Below are positions 27,156 to 37,007 of a stretch of 64,000 bases of DNA, in pieces; the first letter of the stretch is position 1, and each line of letters begins with the position of its first letter. The stretch covers positions 1,056,001 to 1,120,000 of the forward strand of contig JAHPZA010000006.1 in the NCBI GenBank assembly GCA_019058445.1. The letters run 5' to 3'. A program made the position numbers and the translations under genes. The DNA comes from Promethearchaeota archaeon. Lineage in GTDB: Archaea; Asgardarchaeota; Lokiarchaeia; Sigyniarchaeales; SOKP01. Under the pieces are notes generated by a model that worked only from the letters and a program-made list of their open reading frames with translations, had not been told where the DNA came from and did no database searches.

Positions 27156-28433
27156 CTACAAATCAGCACATAAGAACAAAATAATCTCTTTAATATATGT
27201 TAGAACATCCTTGAACTTAATAGTTTCATTGATCCCATGAGCATTTGAAACGACACTACTATTTCCGTGAATAAGTACATCATACTTTGTCAAGAAGCCC
27301 ATATCAGTTGAACCGGAGGATCCAACAACAGCAATCTCATCTTCAGGAAGACCTTGAACTAAACTCATAACTTTCTTTATTCTCAAATTAGCCAGTGAGT
27401 TCGGATCATTTTTAAAAGCAGGGTAATCATACTTAATCGTAATTTTAACATCTAAAGCTTTGCTTTTAGCTTTACCTCTGTTAACGGCATCTTCTATCTC
27501 TTGAATTACCTCTTCATATTTCTCATCTGGTATATATCGACGGTTTATTGTTAATGTACAGATGTCTGGAACAATATTTTCTTTTTCCCCAGAACGTATT
27601 ATATCGAGGTTAAACATCGGACTCATATTCATTCTTTCACCCCTATCAGAAGGTTTTACTCCCGGAATGTCAGCACTTTCGCGTTCCTCAACTTCTTTTT
27701 TCAATTCCATTAATTCTACCATAATTGGAACCATTTCTTCTAAAGCATTTATTCCCATGAAATTCATTCCTGAATGACAGCTTCTACCGATGGTTTCAAT
27801 AATAATATTTACTGCTCCAGCAGCTCCAACTGGTATTATGGGATTAATAACACCCTCCATACAAAACACAATATCTTTTACATATCCTTGCTCCTCTAGA
27901 TATCGAACTCCAGGATAAGTGCCAATTTCTTCGTCAGTACAATTCATAACCCTAATATTATATTTTGGGGTAAGCTTTAATTTATCCATTATTTGGAGTG
28001 CTAAAATCAGACATACCATGGCACCTTTCATATCGGAGGTTCCTCGTCCGTAAATTTTACCACTTTTAATCATGGTTGCTTGAAAAGGAGGAAAGCGCCA
28101 TCTTTTTTCTCCATCATTGGGTGCTGGTACGACATCCATGTGGCCATAAAAGCAAACGTAATTTTTTTGGCCATAATCTTTCGTTGCCACCAAATTTACA
28201 CGAGGCCCTTCAAGAGGATAGGGTATTTGTTTTACCAGCTCTTCAGGCATAATAATTTCTTCTAAATCATATCCCAATTCCTTAAAATAGGGAGAGATAA
28301 GATCTACGTACTCTCGATATGTATTGCCCGGGGGGACCGTGGTGTCAACCACAATAACCTTCTCCATGAGATCCATAACTCGCTCTCTCCCTATATTATC
28401 AACTTCTTCATAAATTTTCTCTAAATCTTCCAT
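27156..28433 (-). CDS. M20A metallopeptidase (ArgE/DapE family)
   Basis: GHMDVVP, GRGTSDMKG, DEE, NAHGINE. Confidence 0.92.
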   Translation of the reverse strand: MEDLEKIYEEVDNIGRERVMDLMEKVIVVDTTVPPGNTYREYVDLISPYFKELGYDLEEIIMPEELVKQIPYPLEGPRVNLVATKDYGQKNYVCFYGHMDVVPAPNDGEKRWRFPPFQATMIKSGKIYGRGTSDMKGAMVCLILALQIMDKLKLTPKYNIRVMNCTDEEIGTYPGVRYLEEQGYVKDIVFCMEGVINPIIPVGAAGAVNIIIETIGRSCHSGMNFMGINALEEMVPIMVELMELKKEVEERESADIPGVKPSDRGERMNMSPMFNLDIIRSGEKENIVPDICTLTINRRYIPDEKYEEVIQEIEDAVNRGKAKSKALDVKITIKYDYPAFKNDPNSLANLRIKKVMSLVQGLPEDEIAVVGSSGSTDMGFLTKYDVLIHGNSSVVSNAHGINETIKFKDVLTYIKEIILFLCADL

Positions 28434-28549
28434 TATATAATAACCATTTTTGAAGTTTATTAACTGAAAAAATTTATTGTAAGATATAAGATATTCGCTA
28501 AATGATTAATCATAAAAAAAGGAAATAAAAAAGATGGTTATTAAAGAAT

Positions 28550-29839
28550 TTAGAGGTCTGCGCACAGAAATATGATAAGTTCTTTTATGTATGTTTTTAT
28601 GTCTTTCAATTTAACAGTCTCATTTACACCGTGAGCGTTGGATCCAAGAGTCGCTATACCGTGTATGATAATATCATCAATATTTAAGATTTCAGATACA
28701 TAGCTCATATCTAATGATCCCGCCATTCCTAACATTTCAATTTCATCTTCTGGTATTTTTTGCACAATGGACATGACTTTTTTAATTCTTTTAATTGGAG
28801 CAGTGTTTGGATTAACTCTTAAGGCGGGGTACATATAATTAAAAGTTGTTTTAACTTCAATTGCTTTACTTTTAGTTTTTCCTCTTTCAATAGCATCTAA
28901 AATTTCCTGTTTCACATCATCATAGTTTTCATCTGGTATGATTCGTCTGTTGATTGTCAATACACACGAGTCAGGGACAATGTTCGATTTTTCTCCAGAT
29001 CTAATAATATCTAAATTAAACATAGGGCTCATGTTGAAACTATCTTGTGAACCCGGTCTTGGAAGTCCTAAAATATCCTTACTCTGACGAGCCTCAACTT
29101 CTTTTTTCAATTCCATCAACTCATTTAAAATTGGAATCATTTCTTCAAGGGCATTTATTCCGAGAAAATTCATTCCAGAATGACAGCTTTTTCCAATAGT
29201 TTCAACGATTACATCTAGTGATCCTGCAGCACCTGTAGGTACGAATGGATTAATAGCAAGTTCCATGCAAAAGATTATATCTTTCAAATACCCTTTTTCG
29301 GCCAGATAGCGTACTCCAGGATAATAACCTACTTCCTCATCAGTACAATTAACTATCCTAATATTATATTTTGGAGTAAGTTTTAATTTCTCCATTATTC
29401 GAAGCGCTAATATCAAACATACCATTGCACCTTTCATATCAGAGGTACCGCGCCCGTAAATTTTTCCGCTTTTAATCATTGTAGCTTCAAAAGGGGGGAA
29501 GCGCCATTTATCTTTACCATCCATGGGAGCAGGAACCACATCCATATGTCCGTAGAAAGTAACATATCTTTCTGAATCATAATCTTTTGTTGCCACCAGA
29601 TTTATGCGAGGGCCATCTAAAGGGAGAGGGATTTCTTTAACTACTTCTTCTGGAACAAGTACCTCCTCTAAAGAATAGCCTAGTTCCTTAAAAAAAGGAG
29701 ATATAGTATCAACATATTCCCGATAAGTATTAGCTGGGGGAATTGAAGTATCAATACTTATAAGAGCTTTCATCAGATTCATAAGCTCTTCACGATCTAA
29801 ATTATCTACAGCATCGAAAATCTCATCTAAATTTAGCAT
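28550..29839 (-). CDS. M20A metallopeptidase (ArgE/DapE family), tandem paralogue
   Basis: Same motifs; long stretches identical to 27156..28433. Confidence 0.92.
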   Translation of the reverse strand: MLNLDEIFDAVDNLDREELMNLMKALISIDTSIPPANTYREYVDTISPFFKELGYSLEEVLVPEEVVKEIPLPLDGPRINLVATKDYDSERYVTFYGHMDVVPAPMDGKDKWRFPPFEATMIKSGKIYGRGTSDMKGAMVCLILALRIMEKLKLTPKYNIRIVNCTDEEVGYYPGVRYLAEKGYLKDIIFCMELAINPFVPTGAAGSLDVIVETIGKSCHSGMNFLGINALEEMIPILNELMELKKEVEARQSKDILGLPRPGSQDSFNMSPMFNLDIIRSGEKSNIVPDSCVLTINRRIIPDENYDDVKQEILDAIERGKTKSKAIEVKTTFNYMYPALRVNPNTAPIKRIKKVMSIVQKIPEDEIEMLGMAGSLDMSYVSEILNIDDIIIHGIATLGSNAHGVNETVKLKDIKTYIKELIIFLCADL

Positions 29840-29932
29840 AATAATTAACTCCAGTTTTAAAAAATTTGAGTTATAATTTGTATGATATATAAAATTTTAC
29901 ATGATTAAAAAGAAGTTATAAAGTTTAAAAAG

Positions 29933-31054
29933 TCACCATAATAGAATTCTACCACAATTCTTACAAACTCCTTCATTAATTTGTTGATTTAAGCAATTTT
30001 CATGGTAAGGTGCGCTACATTCCTTACATATATAGATTTTGCCCTTAACTTCACTGAAGTCATAGCCGCAATACACACACTTACTATTAAACGTAAAGTT
30101 AGTATCATTAGCTTCAACTATTTGGGAAGTACCCGTTAATCCAACACCATTTCCTACATTTGAAGGTGTAACGTAATTATCTTGCTGAGGGAATGAAACC
30201 CATTGATCTTCCAAAGATTGTTGGGGATATTGTTGCCTTGGTGATTCCCCATAGGACACATATCCTGGTGATGCATTCTTAGAAAGTCCCATCTTTTGGG
30301 TTATTTTTTCGTCTAATATGTTAGTTAGAATTAACGCAGAAGCGTATTTTCCCTTGGAGCCCCCTTTTTGTAAATGTGTGTGTGAAATCATGTGAATTAC
30401 TCTACCTCCATTCTGTCCGTAATCGAAATAACAAAATACAGGGGATTCACCCCACTTTTGTTGTAGTTCTTGAGAGGAAATTAATACCCGTACAGCATTA
30501 TGGTTCAGGATCTGAATAGGGAATGAGCGATACTCAAGCCACCATTTAAATTCTTCTTGTTTTATATTATTGGCGGATTTCTTAGTCCATTTATCTTGTT
30601 TAATTTCACTTATGACGCCATCTAGAAATGGGTGGTTTGGTTCAATTATCTGACAGGTTACAATTGCGTCTTCGGTTCTATCTTTATTCCATCTTATAAA
30701 TCCAGGGAAAACCGGTTCCACAAAATTTTTTATACACCAATCTGTAGTGAGAATCCAACCCCCTTTTGCCACAAAATCTTTTATTTTTTGATAGGCAGGC
30801 GTTGGAATTTTATCTCCAGGGCACCCTATTATTATCAGGTCATAATTATCAAAATTATATTTTAACACGTCCTTAGGATCAATTATTTTTTTCTCTGAGG
30901 CGTATAAATTATTAATTACTTTTTTTGGCTTCTCAAACCTCCCATTTATACATAAGACCTTACCATGTTTTTCTACTGCTTTGACAATATCCTTTTTATT
31001 TAACGCTTCCATTTTGCGTTTTTTCACTTCAGAGTAGAGATCTTTCCAGCTCAT
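29933..31054 (-). CDS. GATase-like-fold protein with C-terminal C4HC3 RING/PHD-type Zn finger
   Basis: DLIIIGCPG..FVAKGGWILTTDW domain, Q/P-rich linker, CVYC..CKEC..H..C..CKNC. Confidence 0.7.
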   Translation of the reverse strand: MSWKDLYSEVKKRKMEALNKKDIVKAVEKHGKVLCINGRFEKPKKVINNLYASEKKIIDPKDVLKYNFDNYDLIIIGCPGDKIPTPAYQKIKDFVAKGGWILTTDWCIKNFVEPVFPGFIRWNKDRTEDAIVTCQIIEPNHPFLDGVISEIKQDKWTKKSANNIKQEEFKWWLEYRSFPIQILNHNAVRVLISSQELQQKWGESPVFCYFDYGQNGGRVIHMISHTHLQKGGSKGKYASALILTNILDEKITQKMGLSKNASPGYVSYGESPRQQYPQQSLEDQWVSFPQQDNYVTPSNVGNGVGLTGTSQIVEANDTNFTFNSKCVYCGYDFSEVKGKIYICKECSAPYHENCLNQQINEGVCKNCGRILLW

Positions 31055-31148
31055 TTTTTTAATCTAAATAAAGTTTTAAGGAAATAGAGTGTATTTTATA
31101 AATAGTAAACTTCTATTCATATATATATTTTCATTGGAAGCGATTTTA

Positions 31149-32657
31149 GTGACTCAAATATTAAAAGATTTAGGTGAACCTTTGGAATTTTGGGAATATT
31201 TTGAACAAATTTCTAAAATTCCCCATTGTTCTGGAAAAGAAGAGAAAGTGAGAGAGTATATTAAAAACGAAGCAGAAAGGTTAGGGTTTAAAACTCAAGT
31301 TGATAAAACCGGAAACCTTTTGGTAAAATCTGCTATAAATCAGAATAGGAAAAATCATCGTAAAGTTATTTTACAATGTCATATGGATATGGTATGCGAA
31401 AAGAATGAAGGTGTCGTGCATGATTTTTCTAAAGACCCACTACAATTAGAAGTAGTTAAAATGGAGGGTGAGAAATGGCTTACGGCAAAAGGAACGACTC
31501 TTGGAGCAGATAATGCGGTTGGAATTGCATATATTTTAGCATTGATGAAAAGGTTGAATTCAAAAGCGTTAAAATTTGATCCTCTTGTAATCGAAATGTT
31601 ATTTACAGTCGATGAGGAGGTTGGGTTGGTTGGAGCATTTAATATCGACAAGGAATTAATCAAAGGGGGAACTTATCTTCTCAATTTAGATTCCGAAGAA
31701 GATGATAGATTTACAATTGGATGTGCTGGAGGAATTAATACAGTTGGAGAAATTAAATTTGAATACAGCCCGCTTAAAAAATGTCTAAAAAATGCTATTC
31801 CTCTTAGATTATCTATCACTGGTTTACTGGGGGGTCATTCTGGTACAGATATCCACAAAGATCGGGCAAATTCAATAAAAATTATGAGTAAGATTTTATG
31901 GAAAGTAAATCATGAGTTTTCGATTTGCTTACATTCACTGAATGGAGGAAACAGAGCAAATGCGATTCCACGAGAAGCTCAAGCAATTTTATTTGTGGAA
32001 AATAAAGAAGTATCTATATTGAAGAACTTCATTGACCACATAATAAATGAAATTAAATTAGGAATTTCTCGCATCGAGCCAAAGATGAATATTAAAGTTG
32101 AGGTAATTGAAGGTTTTGAAGAGAAATTCGTCTTTTCTGAAAACCTTCAGAATAAATTACTTCATATGCTTTATGTAATGCCCCATGGCCCGATTTCGAT
32201 GCATCCAAAAATTCCGAATTTAGTATATACTTCCACAAACTTAGCTTCAATAAAAACTCATGAGGATCTAATTATAATTACCACAAGTCAGAGAAGTTTA
32301 CATGAAATTTCAAAAAAAGTGATGTATGAAAAGTTAGAAGCTTTATTAAATTTAGCGGATTTAAATATTAAGATTTCCCATGTTGGTGAATATCCAGGAT
32401 GGGATCCTGACTTTAAAGCAGAATTATTAAAATTTGCGCAAAAAACGTATAAAGAATTATTTAATGAGGAAGTAATTATTCAAGCTATTCATGCGGGATT
32501 AGAATGTGGCATATTAAAACAACACTTTCCTGATATCGATATGATTTCTTTTGGTCCGACAGTGGAAGGAGGTCATTCCCCTGATGAACGCCTTAAAATT
32601 CAAAGTATAAATAAGATGTGGAATTTTTTAATTAAATTACTCGAAAATTTAGTTTAA
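31149..32657 (+). CDS. pepD: Aminoacyl-histidine dipeptidase (M20C)
   Basis: QCHMDMVCEK, GTTLGADN, LNLDSEE, GGHSG, IHAGLECG, HSPDE; GTG at 31149 preferred. Confidence 0.93.
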   Translation: MTQILKDLGEPLEFWEYFEQISKIPHCSGKEEKVREYIKNEAERLGFKTQVDKTGNLLVKSAINQNRKNHRKVILQCHMDMVCEKNEGVVHDFSKDPLQLEVVKMEGEKWLTAKGTTLGADNAVGIAYILALMKRLNSKALKFDPLVIEMLFTVDEEVGLVGAFNIDKELIKGGTYLLNLDSEEDDRFTIGCAGGINTVGEIKFEYSPLKKCLKNAIPLRLSITGLLGGHSGTDIHKDRANSIKIMSKILWKVNHEFSICLHSLNGGNRANAIPREAQAILFVENKEVSILKNFIDHIINEIKLGISRIEPKMNIKVEVIEGFEEKFVFSENLQNKLLHMLYVMPHGPISMHPKIPNLVYTSTNLASIKTHEDLIIITTSQRSLHEISKKVMYEKLEALLNLADLNIKISHVGEYPGWDPDFKAELLKFAQKTYKELFNEEVIIQAIHAGLECGILKQHFPDIDMISFGPTVEGGHSPDERLKIQSINKMWNFLIKLLENLV

Positions 32658-32740
32658 CAACTTTTGAATTAGTTGAAAAAATAATTTAAAATCCTAAATA
32701 TTATTATATCTTAAGTGAATAATTGTCTCCATTTTAGAAT

Positions 32741-33274
32741 ATGTCAAAGCGAGAAAGAATAAAAAAAGCCCAAGAGAAACTTGAGATTAGTGGATCTGAA
32801 ACTATCACAGAAAAGATCAGAAAAAGAACTCCATGGCTCTTTGGGAATAAACTAAGAAAACCGAAGATGGCATATCCCAAGTTAAGAGGTCGAAGGATCG
32901 TGCTCCCTACTCCATCAAAGGCAATAGGACTTGCGGTTATTTATGCAATTCTCTTTATTTTACAAACTGGAGTTGTATATTTAGTTTATCGAGAGCCACC
33001 TGCTCTCGGAGCAGATGCGAATGGAGATCCAATATTTCTCTATCCCGGAATTCAGGATAGTTTTATTATTGAAGGTATAGTCGCCTCTATTTTAATATTT
33101 ACAGCTTCAACAGGATTTTTATTATTATATCAAGCATCTAAGCATTCTTACAATCGAAAATTAGCATTAAGGATTATGATCATTGGAATATTTATGATAT
33201 TAGTATCCTATGTGTTTTTACAGTATATGATAGCTGTGAAGCTTGGTGAGCCTGCATGGTGGGAGAATCTCTAA
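32741..33274 (+). CDS. Oligosaccharyltransferase subunit, OSTC/DC2 (OST3/OST6 family)-like
   Basis: 3 TMs. TGVVYLVYREPPALG, FIIEGIVAS and terminal VKL match the OSTC pattern GGIIYDVIVEPPSVG..YIMEGLAS..MKL as I recall it. Confidence 0.8.
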   Translation: MSKRERIKKAQEKLEISGSETITEKIRKRTPWLFGNKLRKPKMAYPKLRGRRIVLPTPSKAIGLAVIYAILFILQTGVVYLVYREPPALGADANGDPIFLYPGIQDSFIIEGIVASILIFTASTGFLLLYQASKHSYNRKLALRIMIIGIFMILVSYVFLQYMIAVKLGEPAWWENL

Positions 33275-33343
33275 TATAAAATCTGAAAATTGGTTAAAAT
33301 TTTTGAGTTTTTCACCATTTCAACTTATTTTAAATTGTAGTTT

Positions 33344-34489
33344 CTATTCGACTATACAAATTCTTAGCTCATCATAATCAACAATAACTTTATAGAGTCC
33401 TTTCATCTCTTCATCCAATTTCGGATCTCTTGTGTCTAATCTTAAAATCTGATGGGGGATATTTTGAAGCTTAAATTTTGTAGAAATAATTATGATGTTT
33501 TTATTCCCGACTTTTTTTAGAATATGAGGAGTAAATTGTAAATTACCTCGACCAAAAAGAAAACCTTGTCTTCCAATCAGGGAAACAATGATTTTGGTTT
33601 TATTTCCTTGTATATGGTTTAAAATTTGTTTTTCATTTAAATCTGATGCAATAATCTGTTTTTTTAATAATATATCTACGCCTAGCATAGTTTTCTCTTG
33701 GTTTAATGCGTCAGTAATAGCTTTCGTCGTCGTTCCCGGACCTATTAAATAATATACATCATCCTCAAGTTCTTCAATTATTCGTTTTGCGATTCTTTCT
33801 TGATTATTTAAATCTGAATTAGGAGAGCCCATTTTAGATAATTGAGAATAGTCGGGATTAAATGGTGTAAGCAAATATCCATATAATTTTGAGACCAGCT
33901 TTCCTTTTCGATATTCTTCTTCATCAATATCTAGAACTTCCGATTCCTTAAGTGCAGCTTCTCCCCATAAGAATTGCATAGTAATGGAACTTGCTAATTT
34001 TGGATTAATCGAAAACACACTAGAATAAATTTTTACTCCAGAGGGAATTCCCAAGCACGGTTTACTCATGTCGATAGTTGATACAATATCACGTGCCGTA
34101 CCGTCACCACCTACGAATAATATTAATTGTAGTTCCGGGATATCTTGCATTTTTTTAGCAGCTATTTTCGTGTGGGCAGCAGTCGTATCAAAAACACCTT
34201 TCACTTTGTTATAAAGAGGATGGTTAATAATTTCATAATCAAATTCCATTTCTTTTAAAATAAATTCTCCCATGTTTCCGGGGCATGAGTAAAATTTTAA
34301 TCTTGGTTTAATCGATGTTAATTCTTTTAACAATTCTTTTGTTCTGTTCATTGCGTTTGGTCTTGCTCCTAATTCAATGGCTTTCTTTAATATTTCATTC
34401 CCATCAGTTCCTTTAAGTCCTACTGATCCTCCCATCCCTGAAATTGGATTTACAATTAATCCTAAAACAAATTTATTCTGTTTACTCAA
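33344..34489 (-). CDS. ATP-NAD kinase family protein
   Basis: NPISGMGG, GGDGTARD, GIPSGVKIYS, GFLFGRGN. Confidence 0.88.
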   Translation of the reverse strand: MSKQNKFVLGLIVNPISGMGGSVGLKGTDGNEILKKAIELGARPNAMNRTKELLKELTSIKPRLKFYSCPGNMGEFILKEMEFDYEIINHPLYNKVKGVFDTTAAHTKIAAKKMQDIPELQLILFVGGDGTARDIVSTIDMSKPCLGIPSGVKIYSSVFSINPKLASSITMQFLWGEAALKESEVLDIDEEEYRKGKLVSKLYGYLLTPFNPDYSQLSKMGSPNSDLNNQERIAKRIIEELEDDVYYLIGPGTTTKAITDALNQEKTMLGVDILLKKQIIASDLNEKQILNHIQGNKTKIIVSLIGRQGFLFGRGNLQFTPHILKKVGNKNIIIISTKFKLQNIPHQILRLDTRDPKLDEEMKGLYKVIVDYDELRICIVE

Positions 34490-34563
34490 TAGAATCCCTT
34501 AGAATAGGTAAAAAAAAGAAAAAAATTAAAAGAATTTTATGGAAAATTTAAAGTAATTTACTA

Positions 34564-34956
34564 CTAACCTGTAAAGGCTTTATAGGCTGCTTCATCTAAT
34601 AGATTCCCTTTTTCTGCGTCCCAATTGGAAGGATCAATTTTATAAAGCCAAGCACTTAACGCATCTTCGTTGATTTTTTCTGGCTCGTCCATCAAATCGG
34701 AGTTTACAGCGGTAACTGCACCGCTTACAGGGGAATAAATATCACCAACTGCTTTACTTGATTCAACGGTACAATCAATAGGATCGCTAGCTGGCTCATC
34801 TCCATCCATCTTTACTTGCTCAAGAGTAGCACCCTCAAGTCCCTCAACATCAACGAAAGAAATCTCACCTAATTGCTCAGCAGCATAAGGTGTGATTCCT
34901 ACTTCTTTTGTCCCATCATCAAACCATTGATGGGTTTTTGTGAACCATTTTGCCAT
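34564..34956 (-). CDS. gcvH: Glycine cleavage H-protein-like lipoyl carrier
   Basis: THQW, VGITPYA..LG, VESSKA (lipoyl lysine), SPVSG, PEKINED. Confidence 0.9.
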   Translation of the reverse strand: MAKWFTKTHQWFDDGTKEVGITPYAAEQLGEISFVDVEGLEGATLEQVKMDGDEPASDPIDCTVESSKAVGDIYSPVSGAVTAVNSDLMDEPEKINEDALSAWLYKIDPSNWDAEKGNLLDEAAYKAFTG

Positions 34957-35091
34957 GGTTTTTTTCACTTCTTTTATATTTAAGTTTTTTATGTTATTAA
35001 ATTAAATTGAATTTAAGTTTATAATAGAATTAATTATAGTAAAAATATAAAAGTTTTTTATTAGACTTACTCTAAAAAGTTTTAGGATAAA

Positions 35092-35928
35092 ATGACTACT
35101 TCTCTACAAGATCAAATAAATTTTTATGTCGAATTTAAAGAGCGGTATTTTGAAATCATTAGAGATTTTGGGTTTAGTTATCAACAAGATTGTGAGGCAC
35201 GTAATTATCTTTTTAGACTTTTAAACCAAAAAGGAGAAAAATGGGATTCTGAAAGTATATTACGTTCTTTTAGTGATTTATTTCAAGAAAAGAAAATAGT
35301 TTTGATATACGGATGCGGGCCTTCATTAGAGATTACTGTTGATTACCTGCTTAGGGAATGTGGTAAGGAATTATTTAGAAAGTGTATTAATCTTGCGGCA
35401 GATGGGGCATCCATTTTATTACGGGAAAGGGAAATTCCCGTTGAGGCTATCTTTTCTGACCTTGATGGAATTACGAAAGTTGAGTTTAATTATCCAGAAT
35501 TCTTTATTATCCATGCGCATGGTGATAATATAGGAAAGATGAGCCATTTTAAAGAAGAAATCCTTATGTTCCCAAATATAATAGGAACTACTCAAGTAGA
35601 GCCAATTGATACGATTTTAAACCCCGGAGGGTTCACAGACGGAGATCGAATCTTATATTTCATAAGAGCCCTCTTGCAACCTCACAACACAATTTATTTT
35701 ATTGGAATGGATTTTAATGAGATAATTGGAAGATATTCTAAACCGAATTTAACGGAAAATCATCAAGGGACTCCAATGAAACTAAAAAAACTGGAATATG
35801 CTATAAAATTAATAGAATGTTTAATAGAGAAAATGAGTAATGAAATTTTTTTCTTAAATTCGAAAATTGCGTCAAATAGATTTAAATATCTAACGATAAA
35901 AGAGTTCGCAGAACATCTGAAAAAATAA
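35092..35928 (+). CDS. mptE: 6-hydroxymethyl-7,8-dihydropterin pyrophosphokinase (DUF115)
   Basis: GCGPSL, AADGA, SDLDG, HAHGDN, GGFTDGDR, GMDF. Confidence 0.88.
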   Translation: MTTSLQDQINFYVEFKERYFEIIRDFGFSYQQDCEARNYLFRLLNQKGEKWDSESILRSFSDLFQEKKIVLIYGCGPSLEITVDYLLRECGKELFRKCINLAADGASILLREREIPVEAIFSDLDGITKVEFNYPEFFIIHAHGDNIGKMSHFKEEILMFPNIIGTTQVEPIDTILNPGGFTDGDRILYFIRALLQPHNTIYFIGMDFNEIIGRYSKPNLTENHQGTPMKLKKLEYAIKLIECLIEKMSNEIFFLNSKIASNRFKYLTIKEFAEHLKK

Positions 35929-35935
35929 CGAGAGT

Positions 35936-36760
35936 CTAGATTTTATAATCCGAAATACCCTGTGATGTTATTCTAAATACGACTTTTTTTTCCGGTAAAT
36001 CCTCGGAATTAACTAGATGGACATAATTCTTCTCTTCCTTGTAACTTAGATATAAGTATTCTGAGAAAAAATGATTTATAAATTGATTTCCAACGGGAAA
36101 TTCATGGATAATAGCATTTTTAATAAAATTAGGAAAAACTTGAGCTGTAGCAATTAATATTATATTAAAGTTTTTAAGAAGGGTATCTATATTTTCTAAT
36201 ACTTTTAAATACGCAGTTTTAAGGCTATAAAAAGAAGTTTCTTTATTACCTTGCTCGGCCCGATAGAAATTATTAATTGAATCTATAATAACTAAATACT
36301 TTTTGTTTATTTTTAATTGATTTTCAATTTCTTTTAATTTGAGCAACAAAGCTGAAGAACTCATAATTTTTGATACTTTAATGCTCTTGAGAACCTCTCG
36401 ATAATCAAGTGAACTTGCAGTTGCTATTTCATTTATTCTTTCAGGTCGAAAGGTATTTTCACAATCAAGAAAAAAAGTAAAGGTAAAATCTTTCTTTTTA
36501 GTAATTTCTTTTTGGGTAATAAAATATTTATATGCCTGTACACATAAATTCAAGCAAATTTGAGTTTTTCCAGTGCTATTTGCCCCATATATTAAATATT
36601 TTTTATTTAAACAAAATCCACTATTTAAAATATTTGTGAAATTCTTTGAATCCAAAGGCAGAAAAAAGCTTGTTTCGTCAGCTTTTTTTATTTTTTTTAA
36701 AATAGAAGCTTTTGGAATGAATTGTTTATTATTAATATTTAATATTTCCAACAAATCCAT
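35936..36760 (-). CDS. RadA/Rad51 paralogue lacking the N-terminal HhH domain
   Basis: Walker A GANSTGKTQ, DCENTFRPERI, Walker B LVIIDS. Confidence 0.85.
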   Translation of the reverse strand: MDLLEILNINNKQFIPKASILKKIKKADETSFFLPLDSKNFTNILNSGFCLNKKYLIYGANSTGKTQICLNLCVQAYKYFITQKEITKKKDFTFTFFLDCENTFRPERINEIATASSLDYREVLKSIKVSKIMSSSALLLKLKEIENQLKINKKYLVIIDSINNFYRAEQGNKETSFYSLKTAYLKVLENIDTLLKNFNIILIATAQVFPNFIKNAIIHEFPVGNQFINHFFSEYLYLSYKEEKNYVHLVNSEDLPEKKVVFRITSQGISDYKI

Positions 36761-36871
36761 TTTTTTCTATAAACTTATTTCTTTTTATATTATTAATCTA
36801 CTCTTGAAATACATTTAATTTTTTGTATATTTGGAAATTTCATGGTAAAACCGAAAAGTTAATTTTCAAAC

Positions 36872-36925
36872 GTATCTTGTTATTAATAAATCGATTAGAA
36901 ATTTAGTATCTTGTTATTAATAAAT
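36872..36925. repeat. Perfect 20-bp direct repeat in a divergent promoter
   Basis: gtatcttgttattaataaat at 36872-36891 and 36906-36925. Confidence 0.85.
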
Positions 36926-37007
36926 TCTCCATTTAAGTTGAATTAATATATACACCTTAAGAAGAATTAATTTCAATATTATTTAAAGCGAAAGGTAGAT
37001 TACCCTT

